The position numbers were made by a program, and so were the translations under genes. This document shows positions 1 through 10,769 of a stretch of DNA of 20,000 nucleotides, piece by piece. Origin of the DNA: Vicugna vicugna. Its lineage: Eukaryota. Where the stretch lies: contig MU058781.1 of NCBI GenBank assembly GCA_013265495.1, positions 12,258,799-12,278,798 of the forward strand, given 5' to 3'. A model generated the notes under the pieces. It did not search any database and was not told where the DNA came from. It was given only the letters and a program-made list of their open reading frames with translations. Each line of letters opens with the position of its first letter. The first letter of the stretch is position 1.

Positions 1-184
1 GACAGCCAGGTTGTTTTAAGTGCAAATATGAGTGTGTGGTTCACTTTGCTCTGTTTGGTAATTTTCTCCAGCAATTATCAGCTGCCTGAAGGCAGATATT
101 ATTTTGTTCTTTAAAAGAGTATTGATTTGATTTAGATTTATTTAAGTTTATTGAGAAGACCATTCAAATGGAGCAAAAAAAAAT

Positions 185-275
185 CTTGGTTTTGGTTCTG
201 CCTCTGCCACTAACTTGAGCAGATCATTTCATATCTATGGGCACTGGGTTGATTTATTGTAAAAGAGTTGTGGAG
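185..275 (+). mobile_element. MIR SINE fragment
   Basis: ctctgccactaact...gagcagatcatttcatatctatgggcact...tgtaaaa resembles the MIR core. Confidence 0.5.
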
Positions 276-519
276 GCAGGTACTTAAATCTCTATACTGC
301 TACCATCTAAATGATGACACTTGTCCTCTATTTGAAGTGATAAGAAAAAGCACATGAGGCAATTCATGGTAAGGCTGTTATCATAGTATAATGCATATAG
401 TCCCTTTCTTTGAATGGGACACCCATGAGAATTGCAAATGACATATGTTGCTGTACACATGTATATGACGTTGAGATGGGAATACAACATGAATATTGGT
501 GCTCGTCCAACTTTTGATC

Positions 520-740
520 AGCAGTGTTGGGCAGCAATAATTATTGAAAAATTTTTCTTATGTGGAGCTGAAACTTCACCTTCCTTGTAATTCCTGCATG
601 TTAGGTTTTGTTTTGTAATGCCGAGCAGGTATACATTTCTCTTATATGACAGTCCTACAAGGTATGCTGTCTCAAGTTTTCATTTCACTAGGCTAGACAG
701 TTCCAAGTTTTCCAGCCCCTTTCCTGATGCAGGGTTTGTG
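520..740 (-). mobile_element. Possible ancient L3/CR1 fragment
   Basis: gaaaaatttttcttatgtggagctgaaacttcaccttccttgtaattcc...tttcactaggctagacagttccaagtt resembles degraded antisense L3/CR1. Recalled similarity only. Confidence 0.35.
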
Positions 741-838
741 TATCATCACTAGATTTAGTAAGAACATTATATTTGGTTTTTATTTTAATGTTTAAAAAAT
801 ACTTAATAATAACTGGGATTTTATAGAAAGAGACTCAC

Positions 839-925
839 CAAAAATATAAAAGACCATGGGCCATCCCAGGGAGTCAGAGATGAATCCAGTCAAGAGCATG
901 ACAACACAGGGTCCTAGCAGGAGTC
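839..925 (-). CDS. SLC17A1: SLC17A1 coding exon 6 (87 bp): (G)LLLGPCVVMLLTGFISDSLGWPMVFYIF + G
   Basis: Acceptor ccttctgattag|GA (AG at 927-926); donor TTT G|GTGAGT (GT at 838-837). Matches human GFLLGPFIVLLVTGVICESLGWPMVFYIFG. The remaining exons lie left of the window. Confidence 0.95.
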
Positions 926-1275
926 CTAATCAGAAGGCACAAAGAACATCTCTAATGAATGCAGGCATCTGGAAGTCAAGAAAATGTAGCTCCATGGTAG
1001 CAGTGAACAATTTCCAGTGAAATAAATTTCTATAACATAACACTGAGCAGAACAAAATAATAAAATATTTGTTTTTCTCTTTTTTCTGTTGTTTAAGATA
1101 AGGAAGCCTCTTTTCCATCCAAGACAATTTCCACATCTTTTAAAGTGAGGATGCTGGAATAGATGGTTTCCAAAGCCTGAAAGTTCAAAATACACATGTT
1201 TCTCATGGCTCTAGGGAAGAACACGCTAGACTGAGAAGACAATGGGATTAAACATGCTAGGCCCTACATCATTAC

Positions 1276-1363
1276 CTGATATACTCAGAGTGGTGAGTCG
1301 GCCTTGTTCCAAAGGAGGAGCCCACTTGACCCATATTACTTGCTGAGTTGTAAATGCTATCCC
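1276..1363 (-). CDS. SLC17A1: SLC17A1 coding exon 5 (88 bp): GIAFTTQQVIWVKWAPPLEQGRLTTLSIS + G
   Basis: Acceptor ctctttcag|GGG (AG at 1365-1364); donor TCA G|GTAATG. Contains the SLC17 KWAPPLE-x-xRL motif. The preceding intron is 96 bp. Confidence 0.95.
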
Positions 1364-1459
1364 CTGAAAGAGTGATTAGAACATTTGATCTCCAATACTT
1401 TTTAAATTCACCTTCTGTGAATTTAAACTTTTGGCTCAGTTTTTGCATTCTCTTCATAC

Positions 1460-1693
1460 CTGGAATAGTCCCTGGAGTATTCGGCACACAATGACCCAAA
1501 TTTCTCCAAATTCAGCTGCCAGAGGGATGAGTAGGGTACACAGAGAGCTGAAGAATAATGCAACGCCAGTCATTTTCTTTATGGAGTATATTCCAGATAA
1601 ATATCCAGCAGGAATTTGGGCGATGAGTACACCATAGAAGATGGAACTTAAGATGATCCCCTGTATTTCAGGGCTCCAGTTATACACAGGGTT
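1460..1693 (-). CDS. SLC17A1: SLC17A1 coding exon 4 (234 bp): NPVYNWSPEIQGIILSS...IVCRILQGLFQ
   Basis: Acceptor tctcctttttctttcag|AAC; donor CAG|GTATGA; phase 0/0. Homologous to human NPMYNWSPDIQGIILSS...VVCRAVQGAAQ. Retains the conserved TM4 Arg (CRxxQG) of SLC17 transporters. Confidence 0.95.
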
Positions 1694-1899
1694 CTGAAAG
1701 AAAAAGGAGACACATCCAGCCACTCTGCATATGGTTTTCTATGATGTTCAGGACAGCGGGAAAACTGGTCTTCCAGCTTATCCCATGTAAAGTATCTGCC
1801 CTCTGCCTAATATCCTGTCATGGGACTTCTTTATTCTTTAGAACATCATTTTCTGTGTATAATTACATTTTACGATTAGTATGATGCAGACACGATATT

Positions 1900-2905
1900 T
1901 TGGGAATCTTTATTTCTTATCAAATATGACAATTTCTGTCTGTTAGTGGTGTAGTTAGACCATTCACATTTAGAGATTATTGATATATAGTTGGATTAAA
2001 ATCTACCATCTTTTAGCTTTTCTTGCATGGCAGGCCTGCTAGCAATAAACTTCCTTAGTTTTTATTTGCCTGAAAATGTCTTTATTCTCTTTGATTTTTG
2101 AGGTAATTTCATTGATAAAGAATTCTAGCTTGGCAGGTGGTTTTTGTTTTTTTTTTCATTACTTTAAAGATTTTATTTTATTTTTTCTTCATGTTTGAGT
2201 GGTGTCTGGTAAGAAGTCTTCTGTAATTCTTATCCTTGTTCCTCTGTAGGTAAGGTTTTTTTTTTTGTTTTTTTGTTTTTTTTTGCCTCCTACTTCATTC
2301 AAGATGTTCTCTTTGTCTTGGTTTCCTGCCATTTAAATATGTATGTCCAGGTAATTGTACTTGTTGATCATTTTTCTTTTTGGTATTTATCCTGTTTGGT
2401 GTTCTCTGAGCTTCTTGGATTTGTCATTTGGTGTCTGCCATTAATTTCAGAAAGTTCTCAGCCAATAATTTTTCAAATATTTCTTCTTCCCATTTTCTTC
2501 TTTTCTATTTTTTCTGATATTCTAGTCATGCCTATGTTACACATTTTGGCATTGTCCACAGTTCTGGGATGTTCTGTTAAAGTTTTTTTTTTTTCTTTCA
2601 TTCTCTTTCATTTCAGCTTGGGAAGTTTCTACTGACCTGTATTCAAGTTCATTGATTCTTTCTTCAGCTATGTTAAGACTACTTATGAGCTCATCAAAGC
2701 ATTCTTTATATGTTATAGTTGCATGATTTCTACTATTTCTTTTTTATTCTATTTAGTTGTACCCATCTCTCTACTGACAACCTGTTACTGCACATTGCAA
2801 TTTTTTTTCCATTAGAGCCCTTGATACATTAATTACAGTTATTTAAAATTCTCTGTCTAAGAATTCCTACATACGTGTCATATCTGAGCCTGGTTCTGAT
2901 GATTA
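1900..2905 (-). mobile_element. Ancient L1M fragment (antisense, ORF1/5' region)
   Basis: T-rich sequence with L1M motifs: ggcaggcctgctagcaataaacttccttagtttttatttgcctgaaaatgtctttatt, agaattctagcttggcag, ttctctgagcttcttggattt. Confidence 0.7.
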
Positions 2906-3509
2906 TGTTTAAAAAATCAAGGTGCAATGCACTGCATATAGAGTATTATTTTTAAGGTAAATAGGGGTGAAAATAAGAAAATATTTTCTTATTTGCCTAT
3001 GCATTCATAAAGGGACATATGAAGAATACAGTAAAAAAAATACAGTAAAAAAAATTCTTCCCACCTATTTCCATTTTTTCTCCCGTACTACATCTTCTGA
3101 TAGGTAACAACTCATTACCTTCCATAGATGAAATTAATAAAACATGTAAATATACTGCACGTTCAAAAACTTAAACAAGGAAGAAAACTGGTCTTACTTC
3201 TACTTCTCATTTAAAATGCTTTACCTTTTTTCACTTGTCCAAACTTCTTGATTCTAAAGAGGCCCTAACTCTTGGTTTTCATTGTTCTTCCCATGGAAGG
3301 ATTCACACAAGAAAGCCCTTTACAAATACTGAGGCATACTTTAGTCACAGGACATGTTTATTTAGGTTACTACTGGCAAGGTAGATTAAGATTTGACCTT
3401 TTTCTAATTGTTACTGTCATATCAATTAAGATAACAGTCAAGTTCTACATAAATTAGTTGGCAAGATAGAATTTTAAACTTATGACTGTGGATAATATTT
3501 TTGATATAC

Positions 3510-3682
3510 CTTTATGTTATCCTGGAGCTCCTCTGTGGAGGTGTTGGATAAACCATGTGGTTCTGTGCTGTTCACCATTGCTATCATTGTGAGGTTTATA
3601 CATGCACGCTGTGATATTATCACAACATTAGAGAACTGCAGGAAGAGTGCGAGTCCATAGCGAATGGAACAAAAATTTGGAG
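3510..3682 (-). CDS. SLC17A1: SLC17A1 coding exon 3 (173 bp): (A)PNFCSIRYGLALFLQFSNVVIISQRACINLTMIAMVNSTEPHGLSNTSTEELQDNIK
   Basis: Acceptor ttctgttctatgttccag|CT (AG at 3684-3683); donor AAG|GTATAT (GT at 3509-3508). Aligns to human VPGFCSFRYGLSFLVHCCNVIITAQRACLNLTMVVMVNSTDPHGLPNTSTKKLLDNIK. Covers TM1 and the loop with N-glycosylation sequons NLT/NST/NTS. Confidence 0.95.
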
Positions 3683-4109
3683 CTGGAACATAGAACAGAA
3701 AGTATCCACTGTTAACACAGCTGATATCAAAACATACTTTAGGAAGGGCCACTCAGAAATTTGGACTCCTGGAGATTAATTTAAAATTTTATTGTACTAA
3801 CTGGTCTTTGAGACGTTATGATACAATAGGAAAATGTGGGACTAATCTTATAATTTTGTAGCTCCTAAAATATAATCCTTACTAGAATGTCCCAGAAAAT
3901 TAAGCCAGTCCTCAAGGTGCTTTGGCTCATGTCCATTTTAAAAGGACCACTTACAAATACTGAGTTACTCTTGGCAGTAAGTCCCCTTAATAACAAAAAA
4001 GACTTTTCTCAAGTAAATGCTTTATTCTCCAAATGTATATGAATAGTCTGGTTGATAAACTCAGATAGTACATTGTACAAAGAAATTGCATTTAAAAAAT
4101 GCCATGTAT

Positions 4110-4735
4110 TTGAGGTAGTTTCAAGCTAGAGTAGTCAATGTGGTGTTGGTGTAAGGCCAAAACAAATTCATCCAATAGGAGAAAATAGGGAGTCCAGAAA
4201 GAGATGCATATATATGGTCATATGCTTTTGAATAAATGTACTAATGCAATTCCATAGAGGAAAGTATAGTCTTTTCAACAAATGGCACTTAATCAAGAGA
4301 AATAAAAACATGTATCTACAAAAAGACAAGTACTGAAATGTTTATAGCATCTTTATTCAAAATAGTGGAACGTTTGGAATGGATGAACATACTGTAGTGT
4401 GTCAATACAATGGGTATTACCCAGAAATATAAAGGAAGGAAATACTGATACACTCAACAATCTGGATGAATTTCAACAAATATATGCTCAAGTAAAGAAG
4501 CCAAACACCAGAGAGTACATATTAGTTTTATGAATTTCAAAAATAGGCAAAATTAATTTATGTGGCTAGATATTAGAATATCAATTCCCTCTTGGTGTGG
4601 AAGACTGGAAAGGGACATGATGGGACCTCAAAGTAATGTAATGTTCTATGAATCTTGCTTATAAGTTTATACTTATCTAAATGTACACCTAAGATCCATT
4701 ATTTTATTTTATATAATTATACCCCAATAAATATT
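4110..4735 (+). mobile_element. Old L1M ORF2-end/3' UTR fragment
   Basis: atagtcttttcaacaaatgg, aagagaaataaaaacatgtatctacaaaaagac, atgtttatagcatctttattcaaaatag, ggatgaatttcaacaaatatatgct. Confidence 0.75.
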
Positions 4736-4739
4736 AAAA

Positions 4740-5643
4740 TATTCAATAACGGTATTGGGAAAACTGGACAGCCACATGCAGAAGATTGAAACTCGATCAC
4801 TATCTTACACCATACACAAAAATTAACTCGAAATGGATTAAAGACTTGAAGCTAAAACCTGAAACCATAGATTTCTAGAAAATGTAGGTGGTAAGCTCCT
4901 TGACATAGATCTTGATGATTTTTTTGAATAACACTAAAAGAAAAAGCAACAAAAGCAAAAATAAACAAGGGGGACTACATCAAACTAAAAGACTTCTGCA
5001 CAGCAAAGAAAATCAACAAAATGAAAGGCTAACCTACTGAATGGGAAAAGATATTTGCAAATTAAAAATCTGATAAGGGGTTAATATCCAAAATATATAA
5101 AGAACTCATACAACTCAACAGCAAAAATCAAACAAAAAAAATCTGATTAAAAAAATGGGAGGAAGAACACATTTTTCCAAAGAAGACATGCATATGTCAA
5201 GAAGTACATGAAAAGATGCTCAGCATCACTCCTCATTAGAAAAACACAAATCAAAACCACAATAGGATAGCATCTCACACTGGTTAGAATAGCTATTATG
5301 AAAAATACAAGAAATAAGTGTTAGTAAAGATGTGGAGAAAAAAGAATTCTTGTACACTGCACTGTTGATGGGTGCAGTCAATATGGAAAACAGTATGGCA
5401 ATTCCTAAAAAAATTAAAAATAGAACTACTGTATGATTTAGCAATTCTACTTCTGGGTATTTATTTGAAGAAAATGAAAATACTAACTCAAAAAGATATC
5501 TTCACCCCCATGTATGCCTCAGAATTATTTACAATAGCCAAGATATAGAAACAACCTAAGTATGTCCATTGATGGATGAAAGAAAACGTGGTGAATATAT
5601 ATACAATGGAAGATTATTCAGCTATAAAAAAGAATGAAATCTT
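4740..5643 (+). mobile_element. L1 ORF2 3' end, left part of an interrupted element
   Basis: tgggaaaactggacagccacatgcag...cttacaccatacacaaaaattaactc...gggactacatcaaactaaaagacttctgcacagcaaag...aaaaagaatgaaatc. Frameshifted and non-coding. Confidence 0.9.
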
Positions 5644-6093
5644 TTTTTCTTAAATTGAACTATAGTTGATTTACAATATTATGTTAGTTTCAGGTGTACA
5701 ACAAAATCATTCAATACTTTTATAGATTATATTCTATTTAAAGTTATTACAAAATAATGGCTACATTTCCCTGTACTGTTCAATATTTCTTGTTGCCAAT
5801 TTATTTTATACACAGTAGTTTGTATTTCTTAATCTCCCATCCCTAGCTGACACCTCTCCTCTTGCCTCTCCCCACTGGTAACCACTAGTTTGTTCTCTAT
5901 ATCTGTGAGTCAGTTTCTGTTTTGTTATATTCATTTGTTTGTTTTATTCTTCAGATTCCATATATAAGTGATAATATAGAATATTTGTCTTTCTGTGTAT
6001 GACTTATTTCACTAAGCATAATACCCTTTAGGTCAATCCATGTTGTTCTAAATGGCAAAATTTCATTCCTTTAATGGATGAGTAATATTTCAC
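5642..6093 (-). mobile_element. Antisense L1 3' end nested in the sense L1
   Basis: Poly-T start, then attgaactatagttgatttacaatattatgttagtttcaggtgtaca...ggtaaccactagtttgttctctatatctgtgagtc...gacttatttcactaagcataata. Confidence 0.9.
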
Positions 6094-6113
6094 TGTGTGT
6101 GTGTGTATGTGTA

Positions 6114-6190
<77 letters not shown>
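6094..6190. repeat. Compound (TG)n(TA)n microsatellite abutting the gap
   Basis: Directly visible. Confidence 0.95.
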
Positions 6191-6272
6191 NNNNNNNNNN
6201 NNNNNNNNNNNNNNNNNNNNNNNNNNNNNNNNNNNNNNNNNNNNNNNNNNNNNNNNNNNNNNNNNNNNNNNN
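6191..6272. other. Assembly gap (82 N)
   Basis: Run of N. Confidence 1.
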
Positions 6273-6916
6273 GATGTGGAGAAAAAAGAATTCTTGTACA
6301 CTGCACTGTTGATGGGTGCAGTCAATATGGAAAACAGTATGGCAGTTCCTAAAAAAATTAAAAATAGAACTACTGTATGATTTAGCAATTCTACTTCTGG
6401 GTATTTATTTGAAGAAAATGAAAATACTAACTCAAAAAGATATCTTCACCCCCATGTATGCCTCAGAATTATTTACAATAGCCAAGATATAGAAACAACC
6501 TAAGTATGTCCATTGATGGATGAAAGAAAACGTGGTGAATATATATACAATGGAAGATTATTCAGCTATAAAAAAGAATGAAATCTTTTTTTCTTAAATT
6601 GAACTATAGTTGATTTACAATATTATGTTAGTTTCAGGTGTACAACAAAATCATTCAATACTTTTATAGATTATATTCTATTTAAAGTTATTACAAAATA
6701 ATGGCTACATTTCCCTGTACTGTTCAATATTTCTTGTTGCCAATTTATTTTATACACAGTAGTTTGTATTTCTTAATCTCCCATCCCTAGCTGACACCTC
6801 TCCTCTTGCCTCTCCCCACTGGTAACCACTAGTTTGTTCTCTATATCTGTGAGTCAGTTTCTGTTTTGTTATACTCATTTGTTTGTTTTATTCTTTAGAT
6901 TCCATATATAAGTGAT
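6273..6916 (+). repeat. Near-identical direct duplicate of 5329-5972 (offset 944)
   Basis: Matches by eye apart from three substitutions (ggcaatt/ggcagtt, tatattc/tatactc, ttcttcag/ttctttag). Confidence 0.95.
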
Positions 6917-6935
6917 TCCATATATAAGCAAGTGA

Positions 6936-7081
6936 TGCTTGCTTAAATAACTGGAGGAAGGTGTATGTACACCAGGGCCCAGAATCTTGGGGGCAGTCTT
7001 AGAATTCTGCCTACTACAGTTCACCCTCTGGTCCCAAAAGATTCATGTTCATCCCATATGCAAATCATATTCACCCCATCC
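6936..7081 (+). repeat. 146-bp direct copy of 8887-9032 (MLT1 LTR/internal junction), offset 1951
   Basis: tgcttgcttaaataactggagg...attcaccccatcc is identical apart from T7043 vs C8994. Confidence 0.95.
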
Positions 7082-7097
7082 AGTATTAAATCTTTAA

Positions 7098-7440
7098 CCT
7101 TTTAAAACTAAAGTATAGTTAATTTATAATGTTAGTTTCAGATGTACAGGAAAGTGATTCAGTTATATATGTGTGTGTGTGTGTATTATATTCTTTTTCA
7201 GATTCTTTTCCATTATAGATTATTGCAAGATAGTGACTATAGTTCCCTTGCTATACAGCAAGTCCTTGTTATCTACTTTATATATAGTAGTGTGTATATG
7301 TTAATCTCAAATTCCTAATTTATTCCTTCCCCAACCCCCTGCTTTCCCCTTTAGTAATCATACCTGTGAGTCTATTTCTGCCTTGTAAGAAAGTTCATTT
7401 ATATCATTTTTTAAGATTCCACATATAGGTGATAACATAT
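7098..7440 (-). mobile_element. Second, more diverged antisense L1 3' end
   Basis: aagtatagttaatttataatgttagtttcagatgtacag...gtgattcagttatatat...gattccacatataggtgata. Confidence 0.85.
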
Positions 7441-7450
7441 GCTTTCATAC

Positions 7451-7665
7451 AAAAAGAATAAAATCTTGCCATTTGTGACAACATGGATGGACCTCAAGGG
7501 CATTAACACTAAATTAAATAAGTCAGATGGAGAAAGACAAACACTGTGTGATCTCTCTGAGGTGTGGAATCATAAAATAAATAAATCAACAGAGAACAGA
7601 TTAGTAGTTGCCAGAGGTGGGACACAGGGGTGGGGAGCAGTATGAGAAATGGGTTAGGGAGGTCA
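7451..7665 (+). mobile_element. Right part (3' UTR) of the interrupted sense L1
   Basis: aaaaagaataaaatcttgccatttgtgacaacatggatggacctc... resumes where the left part stops at about 5643. Confidence 0.85.
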
Positions 7666-7770
7666 AAAAAAGGGGGGGAGGGTGAAAAAGGAAGAAAAAA
7701 TTTATAGGAAATTATGTGGCTTAATCTAAGCAATTAATATGTTCCAGAAAAGATTAGTGGCAATTAGATT

Positions 7771-7810
7771 TCTACAAATAAAATTATATCTCTACAAATA
7801 AAATTATATC
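7771..7810. repeat. Perfect 20-bp tandem duplication (tctacaaataaaattatatc)x2
   Basis: Directly visible. Confidence 0.95.
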
Positions 7811-8104
7811 TTAAATTAAGTGAAATTTATCATTGTGGGTTGAACTCATTATAACTCAAATAACTGTTACGGGATGTGTAGGAAGCAGAATAATCCTGCC
7901 TCCCCCCACCAAAAAAATATGCAGACAGAGAATCTCTGATCACATATCGGATTGGCACAGATCCAAAAGCACATTTGTTGGAAGCCTGAAAGAAAAGAGG
8001 AGGAAACCTATGTTGTTACAACTCAATGAAGGATAATTAGGTGTTTCCTTAGTTACATTTTTAAATTGTCTGTGGTTGGTATAAAGATATAAAACTTGAC
8101 TTTC

Positions 8105-8320
8105 AAATATAGTGATAATTTCTTCTTTTCCTATCCTCCTATCTTTAATTTCACAGTCCCACTGGATCAGAACCACCAGTGTATTATTGATTGTATCAAA
8201 TATCCTTGGTTTTATGTCATTATTCCTGCCTGACTTAACACAGAGTGATTCTAAAGTTTCTACATTTTGGATAATATTTGTTGAAGGTTTTGTTATAGAT
8301 ATGCTTTATGATTTACAAAA
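8105..8320 (-). mobile_element. Old antisense L1M ORF2 fragment; continues at ~9445-9720 after the MLT1 insertion
   Basis: tgataatttcttcttttcc...agaaccaccagt...ggttttgttatagatatgcttta, and later tttgctaatattttattaggatttttgtgtc. Confidence 0.6.
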
Positions 8321-8969
8321 TATATTCACTTTCTACTGCTGTGTAAAAAAAAATCAGAAACAATGGCTTAAAACAACACCCATTTATTAGCTCACAGTTC
8401 TGTAGATCAGAAGTTTTAGCATGGTGTGGTTGGATATTCTGCTCCTGGTGTCAAAGGCTAAAGTCAAGGGATCAGCCAAGGTGAGTTCTCAGCTGGAAGT
8501 TCTAAGGAAGGATCTATTTCCAAGCTCGTTCAGCTTATTGGAAGAATTCAGCTTTTTTTTTGTGGATATAGTACTAAAGTTGCTATTTTTTCCCTGCTGG
8601 CTGTCAGCTGAGAGCTACTGTCAGGTTTAAGAGGCTGTTCACATTACTTGTTATGTGCCTCCCCCAGCCCTTCTCTATCCCCAAAGCCAGAAAGGAAAAT
8701 ATCTCCCTTATGTTGAATCCATCTCATGCTTTGAATCTCTCTAATTGTTCTCTGACCTCTGGACCCAGATTAAAAGGGCTCATGTGATTATATCAGTCTT
8801 ACTTGGATAATTTCCCTATTTTAAGATCAGCTGATTAGGGACCATAATTAGATCTGCAAAATCCTTTCAAGCAGCACCTCACTTAGTGCTTGCTTAAATA
8901 ACTGGAGGAAGGTGTATGTACACCAGGGCCCAGAATCTTGGGGGCAGTCTTAGAATTCTGCCTACTACA
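8321..8969 (-). mobile_element. MLT1 (MaLR) LTR, 3' LTR
   Basis: Minus strand begins TGTAGTAGGCAGAATTCTAAG, an MLT1E/F-like 5' end. Typical ggcttaaaacaacac...atttattagctcacagttctg near the other end. Confidence 0.85.
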
Positions 8970-9430
8970 GTTCACCCTCTGGTCCCAAAAGATCCATGTT
9001 CATCCCATATGCAAATCATATTCACCCCATCCCGATGTTCATAAAAATCTCATCTCATTACAGTATCAAGTCTAACATCTCATCAAAACTTATTAGCTCA
9101 AATTTCCAAAATCTCATCATCCAAATAATTTAAAACAGGTGTGGATGAGGCATCTAAAAGTAATCCACCCTGGGCACAGTATCTCTTTATCTGTGGACTT
9201 AATGAAACTAAATAAGTTACATGCCCTCAGTGGTCCCACCATACAATGGTAGGACAGGCACAGGAAAACTGATACAGAAATTCAAGTTCCAAAAGGGGAA
9301 GAATGGAGAGTAAAAAGGAATCATTGATCTGCAAGACTTTTGAAATTCAGCTAGATAAATGTTGGATTTTTCTTGAGGCCTGGGGATAATCTTTGTGGCT
9401 CTTGGAGCTCTCTGTTTATCCTCTGCGCTT
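8970..9430 (-). mobile_element. MLT1 internal sequence (3' end)
   Basis: gttcaccctctgg...catatgcaaatcatattcacccc... adjoins the LTR, with a purine-rich PPT-like agagggtgaac|TGT on the minus strand. Confidence 0.7.
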
Positions 9431-10769
9431 AGGTTTGGTTTCTATCCCATATTCATAGTTGCCTAATAGTTTTCATTGGAAATGAATGTTAATTATATTT
9501 TTCTATATCAAGATGATACATATAGTTTTCCTTTAAAAATTAACTTGTGTTGAATCATAGTTACCTATTTTCTAATGTAAAACTACTCTTTCATTCTTAG
9601 GATAAACTAGACCTAGTTTTTGTGATTTTTAAAAATGTTTTTATAAATTCTTAAATTTGTTTTGCTAATATTTTATTAGGATTTTTGTGTCTTTTATAGG
9701 ACTGTTAATTTTGCTTTACATAGTTGAGGCTATTTTATTTAGTTGTATAAGTATTTTTTAATATAATCCTACTGAATTGGATTTTATATCATACAACATT
9801 TTTGAAGAATTGTTTAAAGCAGTAAGAGATTTAAAAGAAATGAAGTAAATCAGTAATTAAAGAAATTACAATATATTCACGCCAAATTCATGTGGAACTC
9901 TAAAAAATGATGGAAGTTCATCACGTACAAATGTGGGATACTCTATATATATATATATATTGTTAAGTGAAAAAAAAGCATTGGTGACTGGAAAATTATT
10001 TTTTCTAATCTTCCTTTGTAAACAGATAAGAATATTAGATAAAATGTAGTTAAAATAATATTTCATTGAAAGTATGGATAATCTGTCAGGAAAGATAAAC
10101 TATTCAGGCCAAAGATTTAGTGAAGACCAGAGTCCTCAAGGAGTAAACTGATTGGTTGAAGGAAGATTCTGCCTGAAGATATTGATCTCAGGATTTTTTG
10201 TTTTTTGGGGGGTTTTTTTGTTCGCCTCCTAGGGAATGGGGAGTCAAATATCAAAGCCCTGGCAATGGGAAGGTCTAGTAAGAGAACTTCTCCCTAAATG
10301 GTTAGATGGCAAAGAATTAACTGGTCAGTCAAGGGTGAGTGTACTGCCTCCCAACATTTCCAGGGAGACTGACAAAATTTTTTGCCCTGTTTAAACCTTG
10401 AAACTGAGCAGAAGGATGAAAAGGACACCTCAGAAATTTAATCATCACCCAGCTCTACCTGTGACTTGCAGCCTCAACTCACTGTCCTTGGGTCCTCTAA
10501 AAAATATCTCATGTACACATACATGCTGAGGATGACTTACTCCAAAGTTTTCTAAACAGCCTCATCCTTTCTAAAATTCTCCAAAGGTAAAGGGAAGTGA
10601 ATGGACCTGGAAAGCTAAAGGAAACACTGGGAAAATCCTTAGAGGAGGATAACAAAAACCTCTAGAGGGTAAAGGGGAAGCAATCCTCATCATGTATGGA
10701 GGAGGACTTGCCATAGTTAGTTAGGGGTGCCCTTTCGAGTTTTGTTCATTTTTTTCTTTCCACATTGTT

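Noticed and set aside
1694..1723. ORF-track extensions beyond the exons (MAGCVSFFFQ; likewise 3683-3752)
   Set aside because: These are intronic polypyrimidine tracts read in frame; the splice acceptors define the true starts.
2273..2635. 120-aa hydrophobic + strand ORF
   Set aside because: T-rich antisense L1M sequence with a non-ATG start; no real membrane-protein homology.
3027..3054. 14-bp tandem duplication (tacagtaaaaaaaa)x2, and the 20-bp one at 7771-7810
   Set aside because: Ordinary replication-slippage duplications with no spacers, not an array or CRISPR.
5226..6388. Duplicated ORFs MLNHTVVLFLIFLG... and ORFs spanning the gap
   Set aside because: Antisense L1 and microsatellite/N translations; they are duplicated only because the DNA is duplicated.
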